DNA of 62,884 bases, counting the filler. It is 9 parts of 9 records of this genome, joined end to end, with 100 filler letters (N's around TTAATTAATTAA, not from the genome) between each part and the next. Parts side by side here need not be neighbours in the genome. Positions count along the whole stretch, not along the records: positions 6,391 to 12,519 come from SRR31147125_46915; positions 12,620 to 23,341 come from SRR31147125_46923; 7 more parts are not named here. The stretch is one strand, 5' to 3'. A model generated the notes under the pieces. The model had not been told where the DNA came from, did not search any database, and saw nothing but the letters and a program-made list of their open reading frames with translations. Both the position numbers and the translations under genes were made by a program. Position 1 is the first letter of the stretch, and each line of letters opens with the position of its first letter. Shown one piece after another: positions 8,648 to 18,788 of this stretch.

Positions 8648-9472
8648 TCAAGAAATTAAGAATTCATACTGATCGTCACGAATGTATTCATATTGATGAA
8701 GAAGTTCGATTTTTGCCCTGAAAATAGGGTTCATGACTGATTTCACTGCATGAGGATCCGCATATATTACGCCAACCAATTCTGAAATATCTTCATCATA
8801 ATTTGTTGTTGCATAGTCAGTTATAAAGCCATGTTCCCCAAGATTGTCGAGACAATCATTGCTTGATCTATGAGTATCAAACAGCTTCTGCCAGTCCTGT
8901 ATAAATTGTGACTTTGCATCAAATGTATAAGTTAGGAGGTGTGCAATTTCGTGATAAGATGTCTCTGAAAAAAGGCTTTCGTCAAAAAGAGTTACTATGC
9001 CAGCTGCTGTATAAGCTAGTCCCAAGAAATCCCATTCATTAAGGCCCACAGGGCGTTCTCCGGAGAAAAGAGCGACCCCACCCATAACATTTCTTAAGGG
9101 CATTGAGAGTGATTCATAAAAGGTACCAAAATCTACAAAATGGTTTTCATAGTGGTATATTTGAAATTCTTCTTTAGAATCGATATTTTGAAATAAATTT
9201 ACTAAGCTAGGAGTCCCGGCAAATCCAATGTTGTAATGCTCTTCGTGAAGCGAAAATCTTCCGTTGCCGTAGTAGTCAAGAGTCATCAATCTGCCTTCAG
9301 GTGTGATAAGGCCAATCTCTTGATCATCAGCCCTTCCTGTCAGCGCGTGGCTAAACTCAAAGCCTGTAAGAGCTTTGAGTTCCGCTCTTGCCTTAGCATC
9401 TAATTCAGGTGCTATTTTTGCTGTCTCTAGAGTAGGCGAGCCAGGCAGATTATTCATCTTTTCAATGCTCAT
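8648..9472 (-). CDS. putative zinc metallopeptidase (zincin, anthrax-LF/MtfA-like)
   Basis: HEIAH plus downstream FITDYATTNYDEDISE; probable start MSIEK at 9472. Confidence 0.65.
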   Translation of the reverse strand: MSIEKMNNLPGSPTLETAKIAPELDAKARAELKALTGFEFSHALTGRADDQEIGLITPEGRLMTLDYYGNGRFSLHEEHYNIGFAGTPSLVNLFQNIDSKEEFQIYHYENHFVDFGTFYESLSMPLRNVMGGVALFSGERPVGLNEWDFLGLAYTAAGIVTLFDESLFSETSYHEIAHLLTYTFDAKSQFIQDWQKLFDTHRSSNDCLDNLGEHGFITDYATTNYDEDISELVGVIYADPHAVKSVMNPIFRAKIELLHQYEYIRDDQYEFLIS

Positions 9473-9604
9473 ATATATTATTTTCGGCTCATAACATGGC
9501 AAAAGTTGCTTTTTTCGGCAAAAAAATACCTAATAATATTGAAAAGTTAGCAAAAATTAGATATGGAGTGGTTTAACTGTGTTAAATCTATTGTTGGGGG
9601 AAAA

Positions 9605-10804
9605 ATGTCTAAATATCGTGAAATTATTCTAATTACAGTCAAGGGTCATGATGCGCCTGGTATTACGTCAAAATTGACTGAAGTTATAGCTGCTGGAAAG
9701 GGCGTAAAGATCCTTGATATTGAACAGACTGTTGTCCATGGTAAGCTAGTGCTTTCGATTCTTTTGGGATTTATGAACGGGAGCGGAAAGACTTCACCTG
9801 TTTTAAAAGACCTGCTCTTTGTTGCAAAAGAGATTGGAATTCACCTTGATTTCGAAGTCTTTGATGAAGCTTTTTCTCCAGACGATGATCGTTTTCAATA
9901 TATTATTACATGTCTAGGTGATGAGATTGGTGCAAAGGAGATAAGCAGTATATCGACATCGTTAGCAAAGTATAATGTCAACATAGATAAGATCTCCAGA
10001 CTCTCTCATGCAAATATTCGTTGTATCGAGATGGTAGCTCATTCGACAAAGGCCTTTAATCCAAAAATTTTATCAAAGCGTCTTCTTCCTCTAAGTTCCG
10101 AGATTGGTGTCGACATCGCAATACAAAAATTTGATCTATTAAGGCAAGCAAAGCGTCTTGTGGTTATTGATATGGATTCAACTTTGATTCAAAATGAAGT
10201 GATCGATGAGTTGGCGAAAGTTAATCGTGTAGGTAAAAAAGTTAAAGCGATAACCAACAAAGCTCTGGATGGGAAGTTGTCATTTGATCAGGCTCTCAAG
10301 GCGAGAGTTAAATTATTAAAAGGGTTAAATGAACAATCACTAGAGAAAGTTTATAAAAAGATAAAACTTACAACCGGTGCTGTCAGTTTTATAAAGGTCT
10401 TAAATAAGATAGGATATAAGACAGCTCTTATTAGTGGTGGCTTTACCTTCTTTACCGAAAAGTTGCAAAAGAAGCTCGGTTTTGATTATGCTTATGCAAA
10501 TGAATTGGAAGTGGTAGATGGTAAATTGACAGGCAAAATTGTTGGACACGTTATTGACGGAAAGAGAAAGGCATCGCTCTTGAGACGTTTGGCAAAAAAT
10601 GAAGGGATTATGCTGAACCAGACAATTGCAATTGGTGACGGTGCTAACGATATCGATATGCTATCTATTGCGGGGTTGGGAATAGCTTTTCAAGCAAGAC
10701 CAGCACTGAAAGAAAAAGCTCACTATGCAATAACAAAGCATAAAGGTTTAGATTCCATTTTATACTTATTAGGCATCCCAGAAAAAGCCGTTAGGGAGAT
10801 TTAG
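9605..10804 (+). CDS. serB: phosphoserine phosphatase with ACT domains
   Basis: Two N-terminal ACT domains; DMDSTLIQNEVIDE, ISGGF and GDGAND HAD motifs. Confidence 0.95.
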   Translation: MSKYREIILITVKGHDAPGITSKLTEVIAAGKGVKILDIEQTVVHGKLVLSILLGFMNGSGKTSPVLKDLLFVAKEIGIHLDFEVFDEAFSPDDDRFQYIITCLGDEIGAKEISSISTSLAKYNVNIDKISRLSHANIRCIEMVAHSTKAFNPKILSKRLLPLSSEIGVDIAIQKFDLLRQAKRLVVIDMDSTLIQNEVIDELAKVNRVGKKVKAITNKALDGKLSFDQALKARVKLLKGLNEQSLEKVYKKIKLTTGAVSFIKVLNKIGYKTALISGGFTFFTEKLQKKLGFDYAYANELEVVDGKLTGKIVGHVIDGKRKASLLRRLAKNEGIMLNQTIAIGDGANDIDMLSIAGLGIAFQARPALKEKAHYAITKHKGLDSILYLLGIPEKAVREI

Positions 10805-10820
10805 TTACTATGTAAAAAAA

Positions 10821-10910
10821 TCCTCCCTTAGGAAAAGGGAGGTTAGGAGGGATTTTATAATAAGATTATTATAAAATCTCCCCCCAGCCCCTCTTTTTCT
10901 AAGAGGGGAG
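10821..10910. repeat. dyad palindromic element (REPIN/MITE-like)
   Basis: Hairpin CCTCCCTT/AAGGGAGG, central arms GATTTTATAA/TTATAAAATC, hairpin CCCCTCTT/AAGAGGGG. Confidence 0.7.
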
Positions 10911-10939
10911 TTTAAAATTTACTCAAACTGGAATTTTAT

Positions 10940-11527
10940 ATGAAACCAAAAGCCATATTAATAGTTGGACCTACAGGAGCAGGGAAGTCGCCGTTGGGCA
11001 ACTATTCAGAAAAATATCATAATTTTGCCCATTTTGACTTTGGTGATCAGCTAAGAAAGATTGCTTTAGGCGAGAATCAAATTTTTAGTAAAGAAGAACA
11101 GTCTTTTGTCAAGACTATGCTTGAAGAGAAGAGCTTGCTTCCAGAAGATAAATTTTATCTTGTTGAAAAGTTGCTGAAGGATTTCATTAAAGCAAATAAT
11201 GGAAAACGAATTGTATTAAATGGCTTTCCAAGGGCTCCCTATCAAGCAGAGCAGATAAAGGGATTGCTTGAAATTGATGAGTTGATTCTTTTAAAGGCCT
11301 CCGATGATGTGATCTATGAGCGAATTAGTCTCAGAAAGAATGGGCAAGGCGAGGATCACTCTAATAGAGGGGATGATAAACGAGAAGATGTAGCCTTCAA
11401 ACTACAGCTCTACAGAGAAAAGATATTTCCGCTAGTGGAGTGGTGTAGAGAACGAAATATATTAATCAGGGAGATAAGTGTTGAGGGCGATTCAACGGCT
11501 AGAAGTTTAGCCCAGGCTCTTTTTTAG
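10940..11527 (+). CDS. adenylate-kinase-family nucleoside monophosphate kinase
   Basis: GPTGAGKS P-loop, GDQLR, LNGFPR, RGDD. Confidence 0.8.
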   Translation: MKPKAILIVGPTGAGKSPLGNYSEKYHNFAHFDFGDQLRKIALGENQIFSKEEQSFVKTMLEEKSLLPEDKFYLVEKLLKDFIKANNGKRIVLNGFPRAPYQAEQIKGLLEIDELILLKASDDVIYERISLRKNGQGEDHSNRGDDKREDVAFKLQLYREKIFPLVEWCRERNILIREISVEGDSTARSLAQALF

Positions 11528-11622
11528 AGATCTAGGGGTTGACTCTATTCTATTAGATTGCTAGTTTGTCTAAAATCTTGAACACTAGGGATGTTCATAA
11601 AATAAAACAATGGGGAGGAAGA

Positions 11623-12330
11623 ATGAAAAAGTTATTAGTCGTATTTTTGTTAGTCTTTGCAATTTCTTGTGGTGGTTCAACTGGTACACCAACTGATGGT
11701 GGTGGAACAACAGGCGGCACTTCAACAGCAACAACCAAATCATATCAGGCGTTGTCATCTCTTAGCTTGGGTTTGGTAAATAGTGTATCACCTTCGATAT
11801 CTACATATCCCAAGGCTTTGGCCGATATTTCTCTTAAGACCTCTACAGTAGGGGCTTGGAGTTGTGCTGAAAGTGAAGGAACTTATACATGTGAAATTAC
11901 TGATAGTGAAGGTGGTTCATGTAGTGTGACTATGACATGGGCTGAAAGTGATGCTTCTCTATCATTCTCCTGTGACAATTATTCGTTTGAAGAAGATGGT
12001 GAAGATGTCATTATCGATGGTAATTTCTCAGAGACTTTTACAATGGTTGATAATTCAACTGAAAGTGCTTTAGATGTCGAATTTGGATTTACCGTAACTA
12101 CTCCAAATGGTTTAGACATAACAGTAGGATCTGACTCAATTTCATATGGATCTGATTTTGAACTCGATATGTCCATGACGATTACGGGAACAATTGATGG
12201 ACAGACTTTCAATATCAATATGACAATGACTTTTACTGCATCAGGCACAGTAAATGGGGAAGATGTTTCTGATTCAGTGACTATGACATGTACAGGAACT
12301 CAGACATCATATACCTGTACAGAATCATAA
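11623..12330 (+). CDS. Ser/Thr-rich beta-strand lipoprotein of unknown function
   Basis: GGAGG RBS, MKKLLVVFLLVFAIS-C lipobox, Gly/Thr linker, several Cys. Confidence 0.8.
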   Translation: MKKLLVVFLLVFAISCGGSTGTPTDGGGTTGGTSTATTKSYQALSSLSLGLVNSVSPSISTYPKALADISLKTSTVGAWSCAESEGTYTCEITDSEGGSCSVTMTWAESDASLSFSCDNYSFEEDGEDVIIDGNFSETFTMVDNSTESALDVEFGFTVTTPNGLDITVGSDSISYGSDFELDMSMTITGTIDGQTFNINMTMTFTASGTVNGEDVSDSVTMTCTGTQTSYTCTES

Positions 12331-12359
12331 TGTTGATTCGTAAGACGTAATTAGTAATT

Positions 12360-12386
12360 AGGGGCCCATTAAGGGCCCCTTTTTTT
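12360..12386 (+). terminator. intrinsic terminator
   Basis: AGGGGCCC-ATTAA-GGGCCCCT followed by a T run. Confidence 0.85.
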
Positions 12387-12401
12387 GTTTTATCAAAGTA
12401 T

Positions 12402-12519
12402 GTTATCCTCGGGTTTGACCCCTCTACTGTCCGGTTAAAGTGCAAACAGTAGCCTTGTTATCCTCGGACTTGATCCGAGGATCTTTTTGTATTCACTGGA
12501 TTCCTGCCTTCGCAGGAAT
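12402..12519. repeat. composite REPIN-like palindromes related to 8558-8628
   Basis: GTTATCCTCGGGTTTGACCC, GTTATCCTCGGACTTGATCCGAGGATC and ATTCCTGCCTTCGCAGGAAT. Confidence 0.7.
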
Positions 12520-12619
12520 NNNNNNNNNNNNNNNNNNNNNNNNNNNNNNNNNNNNNNNNNNNNTTAATTAATTAANNNNNNNNNNNNNNNNNNNNNNNNN
12601 NNNNNNNNNNNNNNNNNNN
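12520..12619. other. artificial contig linker
   Basis: N run with TTAATTAATTAA. Confidence 0.98.
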
Positions 12620-12621
12620 GG

Positions 12622-13161
12622 GGAATGGATACCTTATCTTATGGTGAAATATTGGTGGACAAATCTCAGATATCCACCTTTTCACCAAAGGAACTTACAA
12701 CCTACAGGCGCAATGACGTAGGCTTTGTATTTCAGTTTTATAATTTAGTTCCTAATTTAACAGCCAGAGAAAATGTAGAGCTGGCAACGCAGATAGTTAA
12801 AGATGCATTAAACGTGGATGAGATGCTTGAAGCAGTTGGATTATCTAGTAGAAAAAACAACTTCCCCTCACAGCTATCCGGTGGTGAGCAGCAGCGTGTC
12901 GCTATAGCTAGAGCATTGGCTAAAAACCCTAAGCTGCTATTATGCGATGAGCCAATAGGCGCACTTGACTATGAAACCAGCAAGCAAATAATGAAGCTTT
13001 TGCAGGACACTTGCAAATCCACAGGAACCACAGTTATTGTAATCACCCATAATCTAGCCCTAACCCCTATTGGTGACAAAGTAATATATCTTAAAAACGG
13101 CAAAGTGGATTCTATAGAAATAAACGATGAGCCAGTTGATATTGAAAAGGTAGAGTGGTGA
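12622..13161 (+). CDS. ABC transporter ATP-binding protein (LolD/MacB type), 5'-truncated
   Basis: [32 protein letters not shown]. Confidence 0.92.
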   Translation, partial: GMDTLSYGEILVDKSQISTFSPKELTTYRRNDVGFVFQFYNLVPNLTARENVELATQIVKDALNVDEMLEAVGLSSRKNNFPSQLSGGEQQRVAIARALAKNPKLLLCDEPIGALDYETSKQIMKLLQDTCKSTGTTVIVITHNLALTPIGDKVIYLKNGKVDSIEINDEPVDIEKVEW

Positions 13162-13162
13162 C

Positions 13163-16100
13163 ATGAAAAAGGTGCTGTGGAAGGATTCTATACGTGAAAT
13201 CAAGCTATCCTTTGGTAGGTTTATTTCTATATTTGCAATCATCTTTGTAGGTGTTGCTTTTTTTGCAGGCATTAAATCTACTGCACCAGATATGAAACAT
13301 TCTGTAGATTTATACTATGATGAATACGATATGGCAGATATCAGAGTATTATCAACATTAGGTTTGCTGGATGAAGACATTGATGCAATAGAAAAATCAG
13401 AAGGCGTAGAGAGTGTGCAGCCAGGATATTTTTGCGATGTATTAGTAACTATAGATTCTACACAGTTTGTTTATAAAGTTCATAGCATTCCGCAGGATAT
13501 AGCTAAAAGCCCTGATGAAAAGTTTATTAACAGGGTAAAGATTACAGAGGGAAGATACCCTGCAAAAAGCGGAGAATGTATAATTGAAAGCTCTCAGTTT
13601 TATGGTATCAATTTAAATATCGGCGATGTAATAGAGGTTACATCTGGCAAGGATGAAAAGATAACTGAAAACACCCTAAAGGTAGATAAGTTTACTATAG
13701 TCGGCAAAGCCCATGCTCCATATTATTTATCATTTGAAAAAGGTCAGTCAGATATTGGCAGCGGCAAGACCAACTTTTTTATGATGATATTAGATGAGGA
13801 CTTTATCTATCCGTGCTATACGGAAGCACTGGTCACTGTAAAGGGTGCAAAGGATCTAAATTCCTATGATAGCGAATATAAAAACTTAGTAGAAAAAGCT
13901 TCAGCACCACTTGAAAATCTAGGAACAGAACGAACTCAATTAAGAATTGACGACATTAGAGCTGAAGCAAATGCTCAACTTGAAGAAGCAAGAAATGAAT
14001 ATAACGAGGAAAAGGAACGGTATGAAACAGAGGTTGAAGAAGCAGAAGAAGATTTAAACAATGCTCAAATGGAGCTAGTTGAAGGTCAGGCAACTTTAGA
14101 TGCCAACAAGGAAAGTTTTGATATCTACTATAAACAATCTAAAGAGCAGCTAGACAGTGCACAGAAAAAACTAGACGATGCAGAAGATGATTATGATAAA
14201 GCGGAAGAGGATTACAATAACCTTAAAGAAACCTATGGTGATGACTTAGAAAAGCTAGATGAAACTATCAAAGAGCTAAATACTCAGCGTGCAGAAGCTC
14301 AAACAAAGGTGGATGAACTAAAAGCCAGGTTAGACGATGATGATTTAACTGATGAGGAAAGAGAAGCTATAGAGCAGTTGATAGCCTATTACGAAGAATA
14401 TATTACTACAATAGATGAGCAGCTAAAGATGCTGAATAACCTAAACAATCTAGGTCAGGAAACCATTGAAAACACCGAAAAGCAGTTGGCAGAAACAAGA
14501 AGAGAATTAGACAAGCAAGGCAGAGAATTGCGAACTGCAAAAAAAGAGCTAAAGAAAAGCAAAGACGAAGCAGAAGCAGAGTTTGAAGAAGGAAGTAAAG
14601 CTATAGAAGAAGGCTGGATTGAATACAACGAAGGAATGGCGGAACTAGAGAAACAAAAAGAAGAAGGTCAAACAAAGCTAGATGAAGGATTAAAAAAGAT
14701 TAATGAAGCAGAAAGAGAAATTGAAAGACTAAAAAAACCTAAGTGGTATGTATTGAACAGAGACAAAATATACAGTTATGTGGACTACGGTAACACAGCC
14801 GATAGAATGGATGCTATATCAAAAGTGTTCCCTATGTTTTTCTTTGTAGTTGCAAGCCTAGTCTGCCTAACCACCATGACAAGGATGGTAGATGAACAAA
14901 GAGGATGCATAGGAACATATAAAGCCTTAGGCTACAACAATTCAACCATTGCCAGAAAGTATGTTATATACGCTGCAATAGCCAGTGTTTTAGGAGGGGC
15001 ATTTGGCCTGTTTGCTGGAATAAATATATTCCCCCAAGTCATATACAATTCATGAATGTGAAATACACTTTGCCGGAATTTAGCCAGACACCACAAATTG
15101 TTTTAATGGCAGCAAGCGTATTAGCTGGAGTTTTAGTCACTTCCCTATCTGCCCTTGTTTCATGTGATGCATCACTTAAAGAAACTCCATCTATTTTAAT
15201 GCGTCCCAAATCTCCAAAGCCTGGCAAAAAAGTATTTTTAGAAAACCTAAAGGGCTTTTGGAAAAAACTTTCCTTTTCTCAAAAGGTTACTGTTAGAAAT
15301 CTGTTTAGATATAAAAAGAGATTGCTAATGACTATCATGGGTATTTTAGGCTGCTGCGCTCTGTTGCTTGCCGGCTTTGGGCTAAACAACTCTATTGGTC
15401 AAATTGTAGATAATCAATACAAGGAGATTTTCAAATATGACATAAATATGCGATATTCAGAGTTTGCAAAAAGCTATGAAAAGCAAGATATTATGAAGGA
15501 TTTAAATACTGATGAAAGTGTTTTATCGTACTTGCCTACTAGCAATTCAAATATAAGCATAAAAGGCAAAGATGATGATATTTCTGTAACATTAATTGTG
15601 CCTGACGATTTAGAAAAGTTTAAAGAGTATGTTACATTGCGTCAACGGGTCACTGGCAAGACTGTCACTTTAGCCGATAGTGGCATGATAATAACAGAAA
15701 AGCTAGCCAAGGAACTAAAAGTAAATGTAGGAGATTATATTGAAGTTAGCAGCGAAGATGGTCAAACAAAGAAAGTTATGATTTCAGGGATTACAGAAAA
15801 CTATGTTTTCCACTATGCATATATGTCCCAAGCATATTATGATGAAATGTTTTTAAGCGTACCAGAGACTAACAACCTGATGATAAAGCTAGTAGATGCA
15901 AATAGCGAGACTGAAAGCAGCCTTGGTAGCAAGCTAATATCCAGTGACGCTGTTTCATCAATCGAGTATTATTCCGAGGCTATAAGCACATTTTCTGACA
16001 CAGTAAAAATATTAAACAGCATAGTAATTGTAATAATAGCCTCTGCTGGACTTTTGGCGTTTGTCGTGGTATACAATCTGACTAATATAAATATCTGCGA

Positions 16101-16413
16101 AAGGATAAGGGAGATTGCAACGTTTAAAGTGCTTGGCTTCTATCCAAAGGAAGTTGGTGCATATGTATATAGAGAGAACATAATAATTGCAGCAATAGCA
16201 TCACTAGTGGGGCTAGTCTGCGGGGTGGTACTGCACAGGTTTGTAATGGTCTCGCTAGAGCAGGACGGAATAATGTTTGGTAATTATATAAAGTCTACCA
16301 GCTTTTTGTATGCGTTTGTAATTACCTTAGGATTTGTGGTTTTGGTGAATTTGGTGATGTATAGAAGGATTAAGAATATTCCTATGGTTGAGTCGTTGAA
16401 GTCGGTTGAATAA
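13163..16413 (+). CDS. FtsX-like ABC permease with long coiled coil; one gene with a frameshift near 15052
   Basis: Two FtsX domains; TCA TGA ATG restores to IYNS-W-NVKY by adding one G. Confidence 0.85.
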
Positions 16414-16414
16414 A

Positions 16415-16730
16415 GAAGTGACCCGCGTGGCGGGACACTTCAAAACAATTATAAACAAAAACAAATATCTATTCCACATGCCTGTGGCAGAAGGTTTTGA
16501 AAAAACCTTTGAGAACAGGCAGGTTAGTGTAGATTTGCAGTAGTAACAAGGAATTGCCCGTAGGACGATTCCCATATCAACAAAAACAATTATCTGTTCC
16601 TCATGCCTGCAAGGGAAGCGAGAGAACACATTACTTTTAAAGGTTATTTCAAGACACTTCTATAGTAAAAGTGTCGCCAATAAACTACATAGCTGAAATA
16701 TATAACGGTATGCCCTAAGCAGAAGGGCAT
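16415..16730 (+). ncRNA. candidate structured RNA or repeat-derived leader, family unknown
   Basis: Six hairpins and a 32-nt internal direct repeat in a non-coding gap. Confidence 0.35.
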
Positions 16731-16751
16731 CTTGGAAGGAGTGAAGAATAA

Positions 16752-18089
16752 ATGGAAAGAAAATATTACAACCTAACCCCTGCCCAAAAAATACTATTTG
16801 TCAGCCAAAAATACACCATTTATAAGCAGGTAAATAACATTTGCACAGCTGTCCTGATGGATGAAGATTTGGATTATGACATTATGAAACAGGCAGTTAA
16901 TGAAGCATACAAAAGAAATGATTCTTTTAGAATAAGAATTGTTGAAATAGAAAAGCAAGCAAAGCAATATTTTGCAGAGCATGAAGAACCCTACCTAGGA
17001 TTTATAGATTTTGAAGGGCTAAGCACAGAAGCAATGGATAAACATCTGCATAAGCTTGCCAAAAAGAAAGTTTCTAACTTCGGCAAACAAATGAGTAGAA
17101 TATATTTTCTAAAGGCAACTGATGGCAGGTGCGGACTATTCTTTGTTGTCAGCCACTTCATTATGGATTCATGGGCAATTACAACCTTTTATAAAGATGT
17201 GTTTGCAGTATATGATGCTATAAAAAATTCAGGCGAAATGCCAAAGCCATTGTACCCATATGAAAAGCTTTTAGAGGAAGAACTATACTACAAAAATACA
17301 GCACACTATTTAAAGGATTTGGCTTTCTGGGAAAATGAATTAAATGATACAGAGCCTATCTACACCCATGTAAACGGATGGGTGGAGTTAAGTGAATATC
17401 GCAAAAAAAATAAAGATGATTCTCTTCGCTATGGTGCATTTTTTACGCTGTTTTCTAAAGCCAGCAACACCATGCTTCCCTTCCCCAAAGAGCTGGTTGA
17501 TAAAATGGAAGCCTACTGCAAAGAAAACAAAGTAACCATGCAGTCACTTGTATTGCTTGCACTTAGAAACTATTTAGCGAACGCAAACGAAGTAAATGAT
17601 GTAAGTATGTATACAATTGTTGTCCGTAGAGGAAAGCTGAAAGAAAAAAACACAGGCGGAACCAGAGTCCACTATTTCCCCTTAAGGACTGTATTTGATA
17701 AAGATGACGATTTTAAATCCTCCAGCACTGTAATAACAAACAAGTTAAATACGATATTTAAACATGCCAATATCAACCCAACAGAAGTAGCTCAAATCTT
17801 AAAAGACAAATTTCAAGTACCACAGCTTGCTACATATTTTATAGGTATGCTTACATTCCAGCCTGTAAAGCTCCAGCTTAAAAACGGAACAAAAGTAGAG
17901 ACAAAATGGTACACTAACGGCGCAATAGCCTGTCCATTTTACCTAACTGTAATGGATGGAGATGCAAGCGGCGGATTGAAATTTTACTATGAGTATCATA
18001 AGCATCGTGTAAAAAAGGAAACTATTAAATGTTTGCATGAATATATGATTGATTTTATTGAAGAAGGAATTAAGGAGAATACTGATTAG
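16752..18089 (+). CDS. stand-alone condensation-domain protein
   Basis: YNLTPAQK start, RNDSFRIR, active-site-like SHFIMDSW (HHxxxDG variant). Confidence 0.85.
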   Translation: MERKYYNLTPAQKILFVSQKYTIYKQVNNICTAVLMDEDLDYDIMKQAVNEAYKRNDSFRIRIVEIEKQAKQYFAEHEEPYLGFIDFEGLSTEAMDKHLHKLAKKKVSNFGKQMSRIYFLKATDGRCGLFFVVSHFIMDSWAITTFYKDVFAVYDAIKNSGEMPKPLYPYEKLLEEELYYKNTAHYLKDLAFWENELNDTEPIYTHVNGWVELSEYRKKNKDDSLRYGAFFTLFSKASNTMLPFPKELVDKMEAYCKENKVTMQSLVLLALRNYLANANEVNDVSMYTIVVRRGKLKEKNTGGTRVHYFPLRTVFDKDDDFKSSSTVITNKLNTIFKHANINPTEVAQILKDKFQVPQLATYFIGMLTFQPVKLQLKNGTKVETKWYTNGAIACPFYLTVMDGDASGGLKFYYEYHKHRVKKETIKCLHEYMIDFIEEGIKENTD

Positions 18090-18091
18090 TT

Positions 18092-18120
18092 AAAAAATGC
18101 CTCAACTTTTGTTGGGGCAT
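18092..18120. terminator. terminator between convergent genes
   Basis: ATGCCTCAAC-TTTT-GTTGGGGCAT with an A run on the left. Confidence 0.7.
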
Positions 18121-18126
18121 AATAAT

Positions 18127-18510
18127 TTATAATAACTTACACTCTATATCTTCACACACTATTTTCACAACAACTCCGTCAATAAGCTCTATATTTACCT
18201 GTTTCCATTCAGTTTCTATGTCTATATATCCTAATCCTCGCATAGGTTTTTTGCCGTAATTGTTTTTTATTTTTGATAGTGATTGTTCGATTAATTCCCC
18301 ATTGTTATCTAAATAAATATCACCAATAACAGACTCATCCCATCTTCCAACATATATAATGCTTATAAAGCTCATAAATGTAAACTCATAGATAGTATTG
18401 CTATCTAATTCCACTCTGACAATAATATCTGGAGTGTCAACTATTATTTCATTTAATAGTTGATCTGCCCAATTCATTGACAAGGGATTATCGATAATTT
18501 TTGCCGTCAT
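18127..18510 (-). CDS. hypothetical protein
   Basis: 127-aa ORF with GAGGTG RBS. Confidence 0.65.
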   Translation of the reverse strand: MTAKIIDNPLSMNWADQLLNEIIVDTPDIIVRVELDSNTIYEFTFMSFISIIYVGRWDESVIGDIYLDNNGELIEQSLSKIKNNYGKKPMRGLGYIDIETEWKQVNIELIDGVVVKIVCEDIECKLL

Positions 18511-18782
18511 TGATACACCTCTTTTACGTAATGCTTTCTAATCTGGGCATCAACTTCTTTGCAATAAGAAATAAACTCTTTACATTCATTATTATCTTTA
18601 AGATAATATATGCCATAATATCTCTCATTAAGCCCATGACTTACATCATATTTTTCACATAGCAATCTAATGCTTGTAACTTCATGCCAATATATAGTTT
18701 TATGTTTTCGTATATCTTTTATTTCAATACCCTTATTATCAATGATAACTTTATTAAATGTTCCATTGAATACCTCTATCAG
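18507..18782 (-). pseudogene. bacterial PH-domain-like ORF lacking a standard start (not in ORF track)
   Basis: Open 91-codon frame with KVIIDNKGIEIKDIRKHKTIYWHEVTSI; its TGA overlaps the next ATG. Confidence 0.5.
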
Positions 18783-18788
18783 GCATCA

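Noticed and set aside
15046-15060. TGA in the FtsX permease as readthrough or two real genes
   Set aside because: The downstream part is in another frame, and one added G restores a continuous protein.
16538-16552. AGTAGTAACAAGG resembling the 16S rRNA 3' conserved motif
   Set aside because: Short chance match with no flanking rRNA sequence.
16453-16610. Two 32-nt direct repeats as a mini CRISPR array
   Set aside because: Only two imperfect copies, a spacer of about 95 nt and no cas genes.
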